DNA of 64,000 nt from Kiloniellales bacterium (GCA_050330055.1 JBHJOF010000078.1:21300-85299), one strand, 5' to 3'; positions 1 through 9,259 are shown, numbered from the stretch's first letter. Notes: generated from the letters alone by a model not told the origin. Numbers and translations: made by a program.

Positions 1-760
1 AGGACTTCGTGACCTTCACCTTCACGAGATCGGCGATCGACTTGCCGGCGCAAAGCACCACGCGCTTGCCGCGGAAGCTCGCGCCCTCGGCGACGACCAG
101 CTTTTCGCTGAAGGCATCGCGGATCTCCCGCACCCGCTGTCCGGTGCGCACCTGCAGGCCGTTGCCGAGGGCCGCGGCCAGGAGATCCTGCAGCAGCATG
201 CGGCTGTTGACCGTGAAGTCGGTGCTTTCGACCTCGAGGAAGCGCTGCCGATCGGTCAGCTGCTCGCGGAACATTGCCCAGATGGCGGGCCTGCGCCCCT
301 CCTTGAACTCGTCGACGATGCCGGCCCGCCGCCGCCGCCAATCATGCCGGGCGATGCGCTCAATGAGGAAGCGCGAGCGCGCCGTGCAGGCGGTCCAAAG
401 GGGATTGAAGCGGCGGTTGCGATAGCGGAAGCGGATATAGTTGGGCTCGAACCAGCCCTGATCGCCAAGGGCGAGGCCCTGCTCGGTGGGCAGGGCATTC
501 ACGCGCGGAAAGCACCCGTAGTATTCCAGAAGGTCATCGATCGCGCCCAGCAGGTACTTCATGGTGATGAGCCGGTCCGGGACCAGCGTGTAGAGACAGC
601 CGGTGTGAATCCACTCGTGCAGGTCGCCTGAGGCCTCGCCAGCCAGTTGCTCGCCTTGCTCCAGGAGCAGCACCGAATGGCCCTCGCGAGTCAGGATTTC
701 GGCAATGGCGATGCCCGCGATGCCGCCGCCGACAACGATCCATTCATACGTCGCTGCCAT
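1..760 (-). CDS. FAD-dependent oxidoreductase (partial; C-terminus lies beyond the left window edge)
   Basis: Reverse-strand reading from the ATG at 760-758 gives MAATYEWIVVGGGIAGIAIAEILTREGHSVLLLEQGE..., an N-terminal GxGxxG FAD/Rossmann motif. The frame stays open to position 1, so it is missing from the start-to-stop ORF track. Confidence 0.7.
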   Translation of the reverse strand, partial: MAATYEWIVVGGGIAGIAIAEILTREGHSVLLLEQGEQLAGEASGDLHEWIHTGCLYTLVPDRLITMKYLLGAIDDLLEYYGCFPRVNALPTEQGLALGDQGWFEPNYIRFRYRNRRFNPLWTACTARSRFLIERIARHDWRRRRAGIVDEFKEGRRPAIWAMFREQLTDRQRFLEVESTDFTVNSRMLLQDLLAAALGNGLQVRTGQRVREIRDAFSEKLVVAEGASFRGKRVVLCAGKSIADLVKVKVTKS

Positions 761-830
761 GTCTCCTCACCCTGACGTTCCGATGCCGACGGCTCTCCAC
801 CCTGCCTAATGCCCTCCTGGCTCGGCTGGG

Positions 831-1982
831 TCAAGCGCTCCGCAGCACCTCGTTGACGGCGTTGATCACCTGCGCGACCTGGGCCTCAGTAAGTCCGGAG
901 AACATCGGCAAACACAGGTGCCGCGCACAGATATCCTCGGACAGCGGCAGGGGCCGCGTCACCAGTTCCCTGAACACCGGCTGGCGCTGGATGGGCTCCT
1001 CGTACACCTCTCCGCCCAGGATCACGCCATAGACCTCGCGCAACTTCTGCTTTACGGCCAGTCGATCGATCGGCCGCCGGGGCATTACGATATACTTGTA
1101 ATAGTTGCATACGCCACCCTTGGGGACCCGCAAGGGCTCGACCAGATCGGAATCCGCGAAGGCATCGTCGTAGACGGCGGCCGCGCGACGCCGGGACTCC
1201 AGCATCTCCGGCAGGCGCTCCAGATGCCGCAGCCCGATCACCGCGTGCGGCTCCGACAGGCGCCAGTTGTAGCCATGGCGCACGTGAAAGTTCTGGGTAA
1301 AGCCGGCCTTGCCCTGGTCGCGATAGATGCGCGCCTCCTCGGCGACCTTGTCGTCGTCTGTGACGATCATGCCGCCTTCCCCGCTCGTCATGACCTTCGT
1401 GGGGTAGAAGCTGAAAGCGCCGGCGATGCCGAAGGTGCCCGCGGCCTTGCCGTTGTGGAACGAGCCGTGAGCGTGCGCCGCGTCCTCGACCAGCCACAGG
1501 CCACGGCGGTCGGCGACGTCTCGAAGCTCGGCCATGCGGCGCGACAGGAGACCGCCGATATGCACCACCACCGCTCCAGCAGTACCGGGCGTGAGGCACC
1601 GCTCCAGCTCTTCCGGCGACGTGCCGAGCGAGTCCGGATCGCTGTCCATCAGCACCGGACGCCCGCCGGCGCGCAGTACCGGCGCCACCGTGGCGTAATT
1701 GGTGTTGGCCGGCACCAGTACGTCCCGGCCTTCGATGCCCAGGGCGCGAAAGATGATCTCGAGTGCCGAGGTGCCGCTGCTCACGGCCACCGCGTGCCTG
1801 GCACTCACATAGTCTGCGAAGCGCTGTTCGAACTGCTCGCCGAACGGCCCGAGGGTCAGACGGCCGCCGGCCAGCACTTCCTGGATGCGGTCGGCAATCC
1901 ACTGCCGGTCCTCGGCAGTGAAGTCTATGCGTGCCGGGGGCACCACGGTCTCGGCTACGGGCTTGGCTTTCACGTCGTTCAT
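831..1982 (-). CDS. DegT/DnrJ/EryC1/StrS-family PLP-dependent (sugar) aminotransferase
   Basis: 383-aa ORF with typical family blocks (AVSSGTSALEI, VEDAAHAHG, FSFYPTKVMTSGEGGMIVT). Its start overlaps the upstream gene's stop by 4 nt (1979-1982). Confidence 0.9.
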   Translation of the reverse strand: MNDVKAKPVAETVVPPARIDFTAEDRQWIADRIQEVLAGGRLTLGPFGEQFEQRFADYVSARHAVAVSSGTSALEIIFRALGIEGRDVLVPANTNYATVAPVLRAGGRPVLMDSDPDSLGTSPEELERCLTPGTAGAVVVHIGGLLSRRMAELRDVADRRGLWLVEDAAHAHGSFHNGKAAGTFGIAGAFSFYPTKVMTSGEGGMIVTDDDKVAEEARIYRDQGKAGFTQNFHVRHGYNWRLSEPHAVIGLRHLERLPEMLESRRRAAAVYDDAFADSDLVEPLRVPKGGVCNYYKYIVMPRRPIDRLAVKQKLREVYGVILGGEVYEEPIQRQPVFRELVTRPLPLSEDICARHLCLPMFSGLTEAQVAQVINAVNEVLRSA

Positions 1983-3061
1983 GGTGTCGAACGTCCTTCT
2001 ACTAGCTTAGCGGCTTTCTCCGGTACGGTTCGGGCGGCATCGGCGGCCGGCGCGCGGCTGCCGCGGCCCCAGCGCCACAGCCTGCGGGCCTCGCACCATT
2101 GCCAGGCGAGGATGCCGGGAATGCCGAAAGCCAGCTCTCGCACACGCCGTGTCAGCGCCAGCGCCAGCGCGGCCTCGGGAGGCAAGGACAGCAGCATCCC
2201 GAGAGCCAGGAAGCCGCCTTCCTGGACTCCGAGGGCGCCCGGGATCAGGAAGGCCGCGGTGCGCACAGCCTGCACCAGGCTCTCGATGAGGAGAGCCTCC
2301 AGCAGGGACACGGGATAGCCCAACAGCCAGAGGGCCAGCCATACCTCGAAAGTGCCCAGCACCCATGCAGCGGACAGCCAAAAGGCGCTGCGCAGGACGT
2401 CCTTGCGCCGAGCGTAGATGCGTCGGTTCTCCCGATCCAGGGCCTCGGCGCCGTCCACCAGCCTCGCGTCGAGAGGGCCCACGACGCGCTGCAGCAGCCG
2501 CGTCACTCCCCCGAAGAGGCCGCGCTGCTGGACCAGATAGAAGCCGCCGATCAGGAGCGCGCTGACCGGGATCACCAGGGCCAGCAGCAACAGGGGCCCG
2601 TCGCCCGTGACGTAGGCAGCCAGCAGGACGAGGCCGAACAGCGTGAACCCGATCAGGGTAACGACCGTGAGGGTGATATCGGCTACAAGGCTGGCAGCCA
2701 CCACCGCTGCAGGCATGCCGAGTGTCCTAAACAGCCGGATTCGGACGAGGTCACCGCCGACCTGCGCCACCGGCAACAGGTTGTCGACCGCCTCGCCGAT
2801 CCAGCGTCCCCATAGCATGGTGCGAAACCCCGGCCGGTGGGCAGGGTCGATGAGGTAGCGCCAGCCCAACGCCTCGGCGCCCATGGGCACGATGTGGGCG
2901 GCGGCGATCAGCGGCAAGCCCCAGCCGGCCACGGCCAGCGCTGCGGCCACCTCTCCTAGGCCGTGGTAGCCGACCAACAGGACGAACGCCGCGAGGCCTG
3001 CCAGAAAGGCGATCCATGTGACGCGTTTGAGATGCAGGGCGTGCACGCCGACCTTCTCCAC
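1979..3061 (-). CDS. Polytopic membrane protein, lysylphosphatidylglycerol-synthase-TM / flippase-like (HpnL-like, UPF0104)
   Basis: 360-aa ORF that is hydrophobic throughout. The C-terminal block IPGALGVQEGGF is typical of the flippase-like family. It abuts the deacetylase gene (3062). Confidence 0.7.
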   Translation of the reverse strand: MEKVGVHALHLKRVTWIAFLAGLAAFVLLVGYHGLGEVAAALAVAGWGLPLIAAAHIVPMGAEALGWRYLIDPAHRPGFRTMLWGRWIGEAVDNLLPVAQVGGDLVRIRLFRTLGMPAAVVAASLVADITLTVVTLIGFTLFGLVLLAAYVTGDGPLLLLALVIPVSALLIGGFYLVQQRGLFGGVTRLLQRVVGPLDARLVDGAEALDRENRRIYARRKDVLRSAFWLSAAWVLGTFEVWLALWLLGYPVSLLEALLIESLVQAVRTAAFLIPGALGVQEGGFLALGMLLSLPPEAALALALTRRVRELAFGIPGILAWQWCEARRLWRWGRGSRAPAADAARTVPEKAAKLVEGRSTP

Positions 3062-3925
3062 TCAGGCCGCCGCCAGCAGGTCGGTGAACCCGCCCAGCCG
3101 CACCGAGCGGCTGGCCAGGATCTCGCGCACCTGCGGGCTTAGCAGAGCGTGGAATTCGGCCTCTCCCCGGTAACCGGGCATCTCCCGATCCACCGCTGCG
3201 GAGCAGTAGGCCGTGGGATGCAGGTAGATCTCGCTCACCCCCTCGGGCAGCCGATCGATCAGGCGCAGCAGAAGCTGCTCGTCCATGCCGCCGGAATCGA
3301 AGAGGCCGAACACCCGGTCGTTGGCGCGCAGGCGCGCGAAACGCAAGCGCAGGCGCATGAGGGCGAGCCAGGGCAGCAGCCCCAGGGTGGCGCCGAGGCG
3401 TAGGGGAAGGTCCCGACGCGCCGCACGCCAGGAGACCAAGGGCGGCTCGTAGGGGATGCGGACAGGCGGGCAGCCGAAGCGCCGCGCCACCTGCACGATG
3501 ATGGCGAAGACCGTCGGATGGACGTGCATGTGATTGTGGGCATTGACGTGATCGAGGGGCAGGCCGGTGGCCCGAAAGGCCTCGAACTGTGCCGCGATCT
3601 CCGCCCTCAATTGGCGCCGCGCCGCCGGGCTGGCGAAGTAGCGCAGTCCGCTTGCCACTAGATCGCGGCGAAAGCACCCGTCATCGCCCACCAGCGCCGG
3701 CACCTGGTCCGGCGGCAGCAGCGGGCGCCCATCTACCACGACCACATGCAATCCGACTCGCAGACCCTGCATTCGGCGGGCCCGCTCCACGGCGTCGGCG
3801 CAAGCGGCGCCGGCCACCATGAGGCTGGCCGCGCTTAGGACGCCGTCGCGGTGGGCCAGTTCCACCGCCTCGTTGATCGCGGGATCGAGGCCGAAGTCAT
3901 CGGCTGTGACGATGAGCGCTCTCAT
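3062..3925 (-). CDS. YdjC/ChbG/HpnK-family carbohydrate deacetylase
   Basis: The track ORF 3062..4279 was trimmed to the internal start MRALIVTADDFGLDPAINEAV... (the family's DDFG motif). This ATG at 3925 overlaps the upstream GT stop by 4 nt (ATGA). HVNAHNHMHVHP is a metal-site-like block. Confidence 0.8.
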   Translation of the reverse strand: MRALIVTADDFGLDPAINEAVELAHRDGVLSAASLMVAGAACADAVERARRMQGLRVGLHVVVVDGRPLLPPDQVPALVGDDGCFRRDLVASGLRYFASPAARRQLRAEIAAQFEAFRATGLPLDHVNAHNHMHVHPTVFAIIVQVARRFGCPPVRIPYEPPLVSWRAARRDLPLRLGATLGLLPWLALMRLRLRFARLRANDRVFGLFDSGGMDEQLLLRLIDRLPEGVSEIYLHPTAYCSAAVDREMPGYRGEAEFHALLSPQVREILASRSVRLGGFTDLLAAA

Positions 3926-5076
3926 GCAGGGCGGGGCACGATGCGGCCATCGCGGGTAAGCTCGAATTCGTGGTCGCGCCACACGAACCTGCGCTTGCCC
4001 AGCGCCAGGCACCAAAACACCAAGCCCGCCGCGTCGCGCAGCGGCAGCAGCCACAGGGCACGGAGTCCCGCGCTGTCTCCGAACAGCGCGGCCGTTCCCG
4101 CTGCAGTGCCAAGGCGCACCGCCAGGGTCGCCGCAAGGACGGCGAGCCCCAGAGGATCGAAGAGACGCAGGGCGGCGTAGAGCAGGGCAAAAGGCAGGGC
4201 ACGGGTCAGCACCGAGGCGACGAAGCCTGCCGGGCGGGCCGCTCGGGTGTTCTGGTCCCAGTAGACCTGGTGACGCCACCAGCTTGCCGGCCCATTGAGG
4301 TCAACGGTGAGATCCACGAAATAGGGCACCAGCACCATGCGCTGGCCGCGTTGCAGGATGCGCCGGCCCAGCTCGTAGTCCTCGACAAGGTAGTCGGCCA
4401 GCGACTCCAAGCCGCCTACCGCCTCGAGGGTGCGCCGGTGCAGGGCGACGGAGGCCCCCAGGCACAAGCCGCTGGCGCCGGTCTGGTAGGCGAACACGCT
4501 GCTGGGAACGAAGTCGGCGTTGTAGGTGAGCAGCTCGAGCTGCTCGTACCAGGAGCGGGCGTCGGCTCCCTTGTAGAGCGTACAGGCGTAACCCATCTCG
4601 GGGTCCCGAAGCGGCGCGACGATGGACTTGAGGTAACCGGGAGGCGTGAACACGTCGCTGTCGCTGATTACGAGAACCTCGTGCCGGGCAGCAGACAGCG
4701 CGTTCTGAAGGTTTTGCACCTTCCCGTTCACCACCGGCTCGCTCTGCGCCGCAACCACCGTTACCCGCCGCGAGCCGTAGTCCCTCTCCATACGGCGCAA
4801 CAGCGGCAGAGCCGGATCGTCCAGGCGTTGCACGGAGAGCACCACCTGATAGTCCGGATAGTCCTGCGTGCAGGCGCTGCGGAGATTGCGCTCCAGCTCG
4901 CGCTCCAGGCCATAGATCGGCTTGAGGATGGTGACCGGCGGCGTGTGAGCCTCTGCCTCGGCGTGTGCCGTTGCGCGGCGGAAGAACATCAGGGCCGTCA
5001 CCAGGGAAGCCAGATAGAAGAGCGCGCCCCCCAGCACGGGAACCAGCAGCACTGCTTCGACAAGGCTCCAGCTCAT
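3922..5076 (-). CDS. Family-2 glycosyltransferase, HpnI-like / ceramide-glucosyltransferase-like (Glyco_transf_21-type)
   Basis: 384-aa ORF with an N-terminal TM segment, VTILKPIYG, ISDSD (DxD-like), a WRHQVYW (Q/RxxRW-like) block and C-terminal TM helices. Confidence 0.8.
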   Translation of the reverse strand: MSWSLVEAVLLVPVLGGALFYLASLVTALMFFRRATAHAEAEAHTPPVTILKPIYGLERELERNLRSACTQDYPDYQVVLSVQRLDDPALPLLRRMERDYGSRRVTVVAAQSEPVVNGKVQNLQNALSAARHEVLVISDSDVFTPPGYLKSIVAPLRDPEMGYACTLYKGADARSWYEQLELLTYNADFVPSSVFAYQTGASGLCLGASVALHRRTLEAVGGLESLADYLVEDYELGRRILQRGQRMVLVPYFVDLTVDLNGPASWWRHQVYWDQNTRAARPAGFVASVLTRALPFALLYAALRLFDPLGLAVLAATLAVRLGTAAGTAALFGDSAGLRALWLLPLRDAAGLVFWCLALGKRRFVWRDHEFELTRDGRIVPRPA

Positions 5077-5107
5077 GCGGCGCGCCCTATCGGTCTGCCC
5101 GGACCGT

Positions 5108-6247
5108 TCAAAACTTCAGCAGCCACGGCAGCTGCTCCAATACCGAATGCACGGACCCCAGGTTGCCCTTGCGAGTCAGCGCCGCAGCGCCGTCTCGCAG
5201 CCGGCCGCGCTTGAAAGCCTGATAGGCATCGTGCACCGAAGTTCCAATGTGTTGCATGACGCTGGAATCGCGGTAGCAGTCGATCATGCACTTGGTGCAG
5301 CCGTCGCGGACCCGCTGGGAACCGTCGAAGTCCTTGATGTGGCACATCGGGCGGTCCCAGTTGTGGCAGCGCCACAGATCCAGGTTCCAGTCAAGGTAGA
5401 AATACTGAAAGCCGCCCAGGCAGGGGAAGCGCTGCTCCTCGCCGCGCAGGTAGCGCTGCATCTCCTCCAGGGAGGACGCCGGATTGACCACATGAATACG
5501 CTTCTTGACGTCCTTGACCTTCTGGAAAGCCTGGAGCAGCTCCGCGCCGGAGTAGTTCACCAAGTCAGATTCCGAGAAGCTCAGGAAGTTGGAGTGCAAC
5601 TCGGTGAGGGGGTAGGAGAAGGTGACCGCCTTGAAGCCCAGAGACTTCAGAAAATCCGGCAAGGCCTCGTAGTCCACCAGGCGGCTCATGGTGACCGAGG
5701 CAGTGGAGTGCAGGCGCAGATCGTCGATGATGGCGTTGGCCTTGCGGATGCGCTCGCACACGCCGGGCAAGCCCCGGTTCTGCTCGTGCGCCTCGGCGTC
5801 GGCCGCGTCTATGGAGATGATGAAGCTGGAGAGGCCCGCCGCAGCCAGCTCGCGGATGCGGTGGGGCTTGAGCAGGCCGGCGTTGGTCACCAGCATCACC
5901 TTCATGCCCAGACCGCTGGCGCGCTGCACGATCTCCTCGATGTTCGGGTGCAGCATGGGCTCGCCGCCGGTCAGCACGAGGTAGCGCACCGCGTTTCGAT
6001 AGAGGATGTCGATGGCCTCCAGGGCGCCCTCGCGCTCCACGTACTGCCAATCCTTGCGCGGCAGCTTGTCCAGCGCGAAGCCGCAGAATCCGCAGCGGGC
6101 GTTGCACACGTTGTTGAGAGCAAACTGGCAGAATCCCGGCCCGCCCTCCTCTAGCAGCAGACGCAGGGTGCCACGACCGTCCCGCGGCATTGGCCGATGA
6201 TCGGCACTTTCAGGGCAAGCACCCTCTCTCAGCGCAGCTTCGAGCAT
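5108..6247 (-). CDS. Radical SAM enzyme with Cys-rich (SPASM/twitch-like) C-terminal region
   Basis: CNARCGFCGF is a CxxxCxxC motif, followed by LTGGEPML. The C-terminus is Cys-rich (CLGG...WRCHNW...MCHI...DGCTKCMIDC). The start is uncertain: 6247 (MLEAAL) or 6190 (MPRDG). The track's 6382 start is probably too long. Confidence 0.8.
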   Translation of the reverse strand: MLEAALREGACPESADHRPMPRDGRGTLRLLLEEGGPGFCQFALNNVCNARCGFCGFALDKLPRKDWQYVEREGALEAIDILYRNAVRYLVLTGGEPMLHPNIEEIVQRASGLGMKVMLVTNAGLLKPHRIRELAAAGLSSFIISIDAADAEAHEQNRGLPGVCERIRKANAIIDDLRLHSTASVTMSRLVDYEALPDFLKSLGFKAVTFSYPLTELHSNFLSFSESDLVNYSGAELLQAFQKVKDVKKRIHVVNPASSLEEMQRYLRGEEQRFPCLGGFQYFYLDWNLDLWRCHNWDRPMCHIKDFDGSQRVRDGCTKCMIDCYRDSSVMQHIGTSVHDAYQAFKRGRLRDGAAALTRKGNLGSVHSVLEQLPWLLKF

Positions 6248-6999
6248 TCTCGCGAGTATCCCTCGTCTTGCCCGGCTCCGGGCCTGTGGGCGGCGCGTCT
6301 GCACCGGCTCCGCCGGGGCGGATCGGGCGCGGACTGCAGCTTCATCGAACCTACTCGACCAGATGCGCAGAGACAACATCAACTGGTCTCAGTGGGCTCC
6401 CGGGTCTCTGAGGCCGGACGCCCGGCGCACCCTCGCGGGCGGGTTCCGATCATCAGGTATCCATACATCGGCCGTGCATCCAGGGATATCGAGGAACGCC
6501 GGGACCGGGCTCCGGTCACCAGGCCGACGATGCGCCGATGCTGCCTTTGCCGCGGTCCAGGGCGCGCGTCGCATGGCTGATTCCGGCAGAGCAGCATTCT
6601 GCGCCATGTTTTCTAGATCGTCGTTCAGCGGGGCGTTGCCAAGGGGCTCGTTGGTGCACAGGACTTGACCAGCCATGTGGCGGTTTCGAACGGCTGGATG
6701 CAGCTTATCGAGAGCAAAGCAAGGACCCCACCCAGTAGGTTCCGGCGGCTGCGGGCGCCCGCAACCAATTGTGACGGAAAGCCCCGTAGCGTCAACAGGT
6801 TACAGGGCCCCCCTTTTCACTGGAATCCAATCCCAGAGAAATCAATCACCTACCCTCGTAGGTCCAAATCACCCGCAACCAACTGCTTCGCCGGTGTGCA
6901 CCGCTCCCTCTCGTGCATGCGGAGCATCGACGTCCGATTCGGCCGCTTCGGAGGAGGGGGTGGAAGCTCCGGGAAGCAAGCGCCCGCGAGGCGGTTTCC

Positions 7000-7204
7000 C
7001 TAGTACCTGGAATCGCAAATGGGTGTTACGTGGCACCGGCCCTCATGCTTCGACAAGCTCAGCATGAGGCTTCGACAGGCTCAGCATGAGGGCCTCATCC
7101 TGAGCCTGCCTGCGCGAAGCCCCATGGCGCCATCGGGCTTCGCTTCGGCGAAGGCAGGTCGAAGGATGGGGCCCGACTCACGCTATTGCGATAGCTGGTA
7201 CTAG
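7000..7204 (+). mobile_element. MITE-like element copy A (205 bp), terminal inverted repeats CTAGTACC...GGTACTAG
   Basis: It is the reverse complement of 30633-30765 apart from a few substitutions and two insertions: a 22-bp tandem duplication of CTTCGACARGCTCAGCATGAGG and a ~50-bp nested palindrome (CCTGCGCGAAGCCC...GGGCTTCGC...GCAGG). The core is the FDKLSMR/LSLSKHE-type repeat. It has no coding capacity. Confidence 0.7.
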
Positions 7205-7414
7205 TGGCGCAAGGTCGTCACACGGGAACCGCCAGCGAACAGCGGTAACGGTGGCTGCGAGCCCGGGAACTGAACCTGCGGACCCTCGCCTGACTCCGAA
7301 TGATCAGAGTGCGCCGATTTCGGTAAAGCGGGTATCGGGTCCGCGACCAACAATAGGCGCCTTCCCGGATTCCCCCAAGGCGTCGGGAGTTTCGCTTTAC
7401 TCCGGTCTCCGCCC

Positions 7415-9259
7415 CTAGTCGACGATGTGGTAGACGGGAGCCTTCTCCATCTCCCACGTGCCGGAATGCCGGTCGTAGCGGGAGAGGGTGAAGCAGTGCC
7501 AATCGGTATCGTCGAGCTTCGGATGATCGGCCCGATAGTAGTAGCCCGGCCAGCGGGTTTCCTGGCGGAACAGGGTGTGCTGCGTGACGGACTCCGAGGC
7601 GAGGACCCGGTGGTGAAGCTCCCATGCCCGCTGTAGCTGATGAAGGTCCTCCGCACCGAGATGGTCGAGGTCCTCCTTCAGCATGCCGAGCAGCTCGAGC
7701 GCCCGGTTCAGCATCCATTCGTTGGTCGTGTAGTGGGAGCCGATTCCGCCGACGTACTCATCCATCAGCTTCTCGAGGCGCTGCAGACCATGGAGCGGCA
7801 GGATGTAGCTCGGCGAAACGGTTCCCGCGACGATCTCATTGCGGCCGACTCTGAAGGTCTCCAAGGGCTGGTAGACGACCTTTCTCAGATCTTCGTACTC
7901 GGCTTCGCTGAGTTGCGGCCGCTCGCCGCCCAGGTCGTTCACGTAGTTGACCGCCGCCTTGCCGGCGATGCGGCCCTCGGTGAAGGAGCCGGAGGAGAAC
8001 TTGTGGGCGGTGCCGCCGATGGTGTCGCCGGCGCCGAACAGCCCGTCGACGGTCATCATGCGGTTGTAGCCCCACTGGTAATCCGACGGGGCGTAGTCCG
8101 CCGGCCCGCTCGCCCAGGCGCCGGAACAGGTGGCATGGGAGCCCATGACGTAGGGTTCGGAGGTCGTGAGCTCGGGATTAATGTGCTTGGGGTCGATGTT
8201 CTGTGAGGCCCAGACCACCGCCTGCCCGATCGTCATGCCGAGAAAGTTCTCCCAGCCGACGGTCTCCTTGTGCGGATCCTGGAAGGCTTCCTTGGTCACC
8301 ATGCGGATCGGGCCGCGGCCGGCTTTGACCTCCTCCAGAATGGCGTGGTTCCGCAGGCAGGTCGGCACCGGGTGCCGGTCGATGTAATCCCCGACCAGAT
8401 TCTTGGTGTGCTCGTACCAGGTGGACTCGTACTCCTCGCCATATACGTTTTCGGTATAGGTCTTGAGGTGCAGGAAGTAGGCGCCGACCGGGCCGTAGCC
8501 GTCCTTGAAGCGGGTCAGGACGATACGGTTCTCCATCTGGGTCATCTTGGCGCCGGCCAGGATCGGCAAGGCGTAGGCGGAAGCGCTGCTCCAGGGCGCG
8601 TACCACGTGCGCCCCATGCCCTCGCCGACCGCGCGCGGCTTGAAGATGTGCGACGCGCCGCCGGCGCAGACAATGACGGCCTTGCCGCGGAACACGTAGA
8701 AGTCCCCGGTGCGGACGTTGAAGCCGACGGCCCCGGCAACCCGGTTGATCTTGGTCTTGTCCATCAGCAGGTGGGTGACCATGATCCGGTTGTAGACCTC
8801 GGTGGCCGCCTTGCGGGCGGCCTCGGCGACGATCGGCTTGTAGCTCTCGCCGTGGATCATGATCTGCCACTTGCCTTCCCGCTGGTAGCGCCCGGTCGCC
8901 GGGTCGCGCATGATGGGAAGGCCCCACTCCTCGAACTTGTGCACCGTGGAGTCGACGTGCCGGGCGATGTCGTAGCCGAGGTCCTCGCGCACCAGGCCCA
9001 TGAGATCGTTCCGGGCGTAGCGGACATGGTCCTCGGGCTGGTTCTCGTTCCACTGCATGCCCATGTAGCAATTGATCGCATAGAGCCCCTGGGCGACGGC
9101 GCCGCTGCGCTCGATATTCGCCTTCTCGACACAGACGATCTTGAGGTCGCGTCCCCAGTAGCGGGATTCATAGGTGGCCCCGCAGCCGGCCATGCCGCCG
9201 CCGATGACGAGGATGTCCGAATCGACGAAAATCGTCTTCCTGCGCGAGAACAGACCCAT
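7415..9259 (-). CDS. aprA: Adenylylsulfate (APS) reductase alpha subunit
   Basis: 614-aa flavoprotein with DILVIGGGMAGCGA at the N-terminus. Length and blocks are typical of AprA. Its start overlaps the aprB stop by 1 nt (TGATG). Confidence 0.93.
   Translation of the reverse strand: MGLFSRRKTIFVDSDILVIGGGMAGCGATYESRYWGRDLKIVCVEKANIERSGAVAQGLYAINCYMGMQWNENQPEDHVRYARNDLMGLVREDLGYDIARHVDSTVHKFEEWGLPIMRDPATGRYQREGKWQIMIHGESYKPIVAEAARKAATEVYNRIMVTHLLMDKTKINRVAGAVGFNVRTGDFYVFRGKAVIVCAGGASHIFKPRAVGEGMGRTWYAPWSSASAYALPILAGAKMTQMENRIVLTRFKDGYGPVGAYFLHLKTYTENVYGEEYESTWYEHTKNLVGDYIDRHPVPTCLRNHAILEEVKAGRGPIRMVTKEAFQDPHKETVGWENFLGMTIGQAVVWASQNIDPKHINPELTTSEPYVMGSHATCSGAWASGPADYAPSDYQWGYNRMMTVDGLFGAGDTIGGTAHKFSSGSFTEGRIAGKAAVNYVNDLGGERPQLSEAEYEDLRKVVYQPLETFRVGRNEIVAGTVSPSYILPLHGLQRLEKLMDEYVGGIGSHYTTNEWMLNRALELLGMLKEDLDHLGAEDLHQLQRAWELHHRVLASESVTQHTLFRQETRWPGYYYRADHPKLDDTDWHCFTLSRYDRHSGTWEMEKAPVYHIVD

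Noticed and set aside
918-2318. Long ORFs antisense to or overlapping the called genes: 918..2318 (+), 3970..5214 (+), 22084..23319 (-), 23714..25378 (-), 27357..28586 (+), 32094..34667 (-, 857 aa), 48280..49584 (+), 49828..51465 (-) and many shorter ones.
   Set aside because: Their translations are Arg/Ala/Gly/Pro-rich and low-complexity, with no recognisable motifs. They lie opposite ORFs that have clear family signatures. This is the expected stop-codon-poor artefact of GC-rich DNA.
3926-4279. N-terminal extensions of track ORFs: 3062..4279, 11858..13213, 13042..13974, 27369..28928, 36510.., 37412.., 39308.., 44594..45943, 46476..47939, 47936..48394, 49741.., 52175..54907, 54382..55482 and 61253...
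   Set aside because: The extensions overlap the preceding gene, are low-complexity, and lack an SD. Internal starts give canonical N-termini (signal peptides or conserved first motifs), often with ATGA stop/start coupling.
6700-6900. Possible riboswitch (cobalamin- or SAM-II-like) in the long leader upstream of the radical SAM operon.
   Set aside because: I could not find the conserved B12 box or the GCCACTG core, nor the SAM-II pseudoknot consensus. Only vague GGTTCC/GGGAA-like strings are present. It needs an Infernal scan and is not claimed.
7251-7320. tRNA-like 3-prime fragment downstream of aprA (reverse strand ..GCAGGTTCAGTTCCCGGGCTCGCAGCCA..), considered as a possible island attachment-site remnant.
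   Set aside because: The putative T-stem pairs at only 3 of 5 positions. The candidate anticodon arm has an 8-nt loop. No acceptor stem can be drawn.
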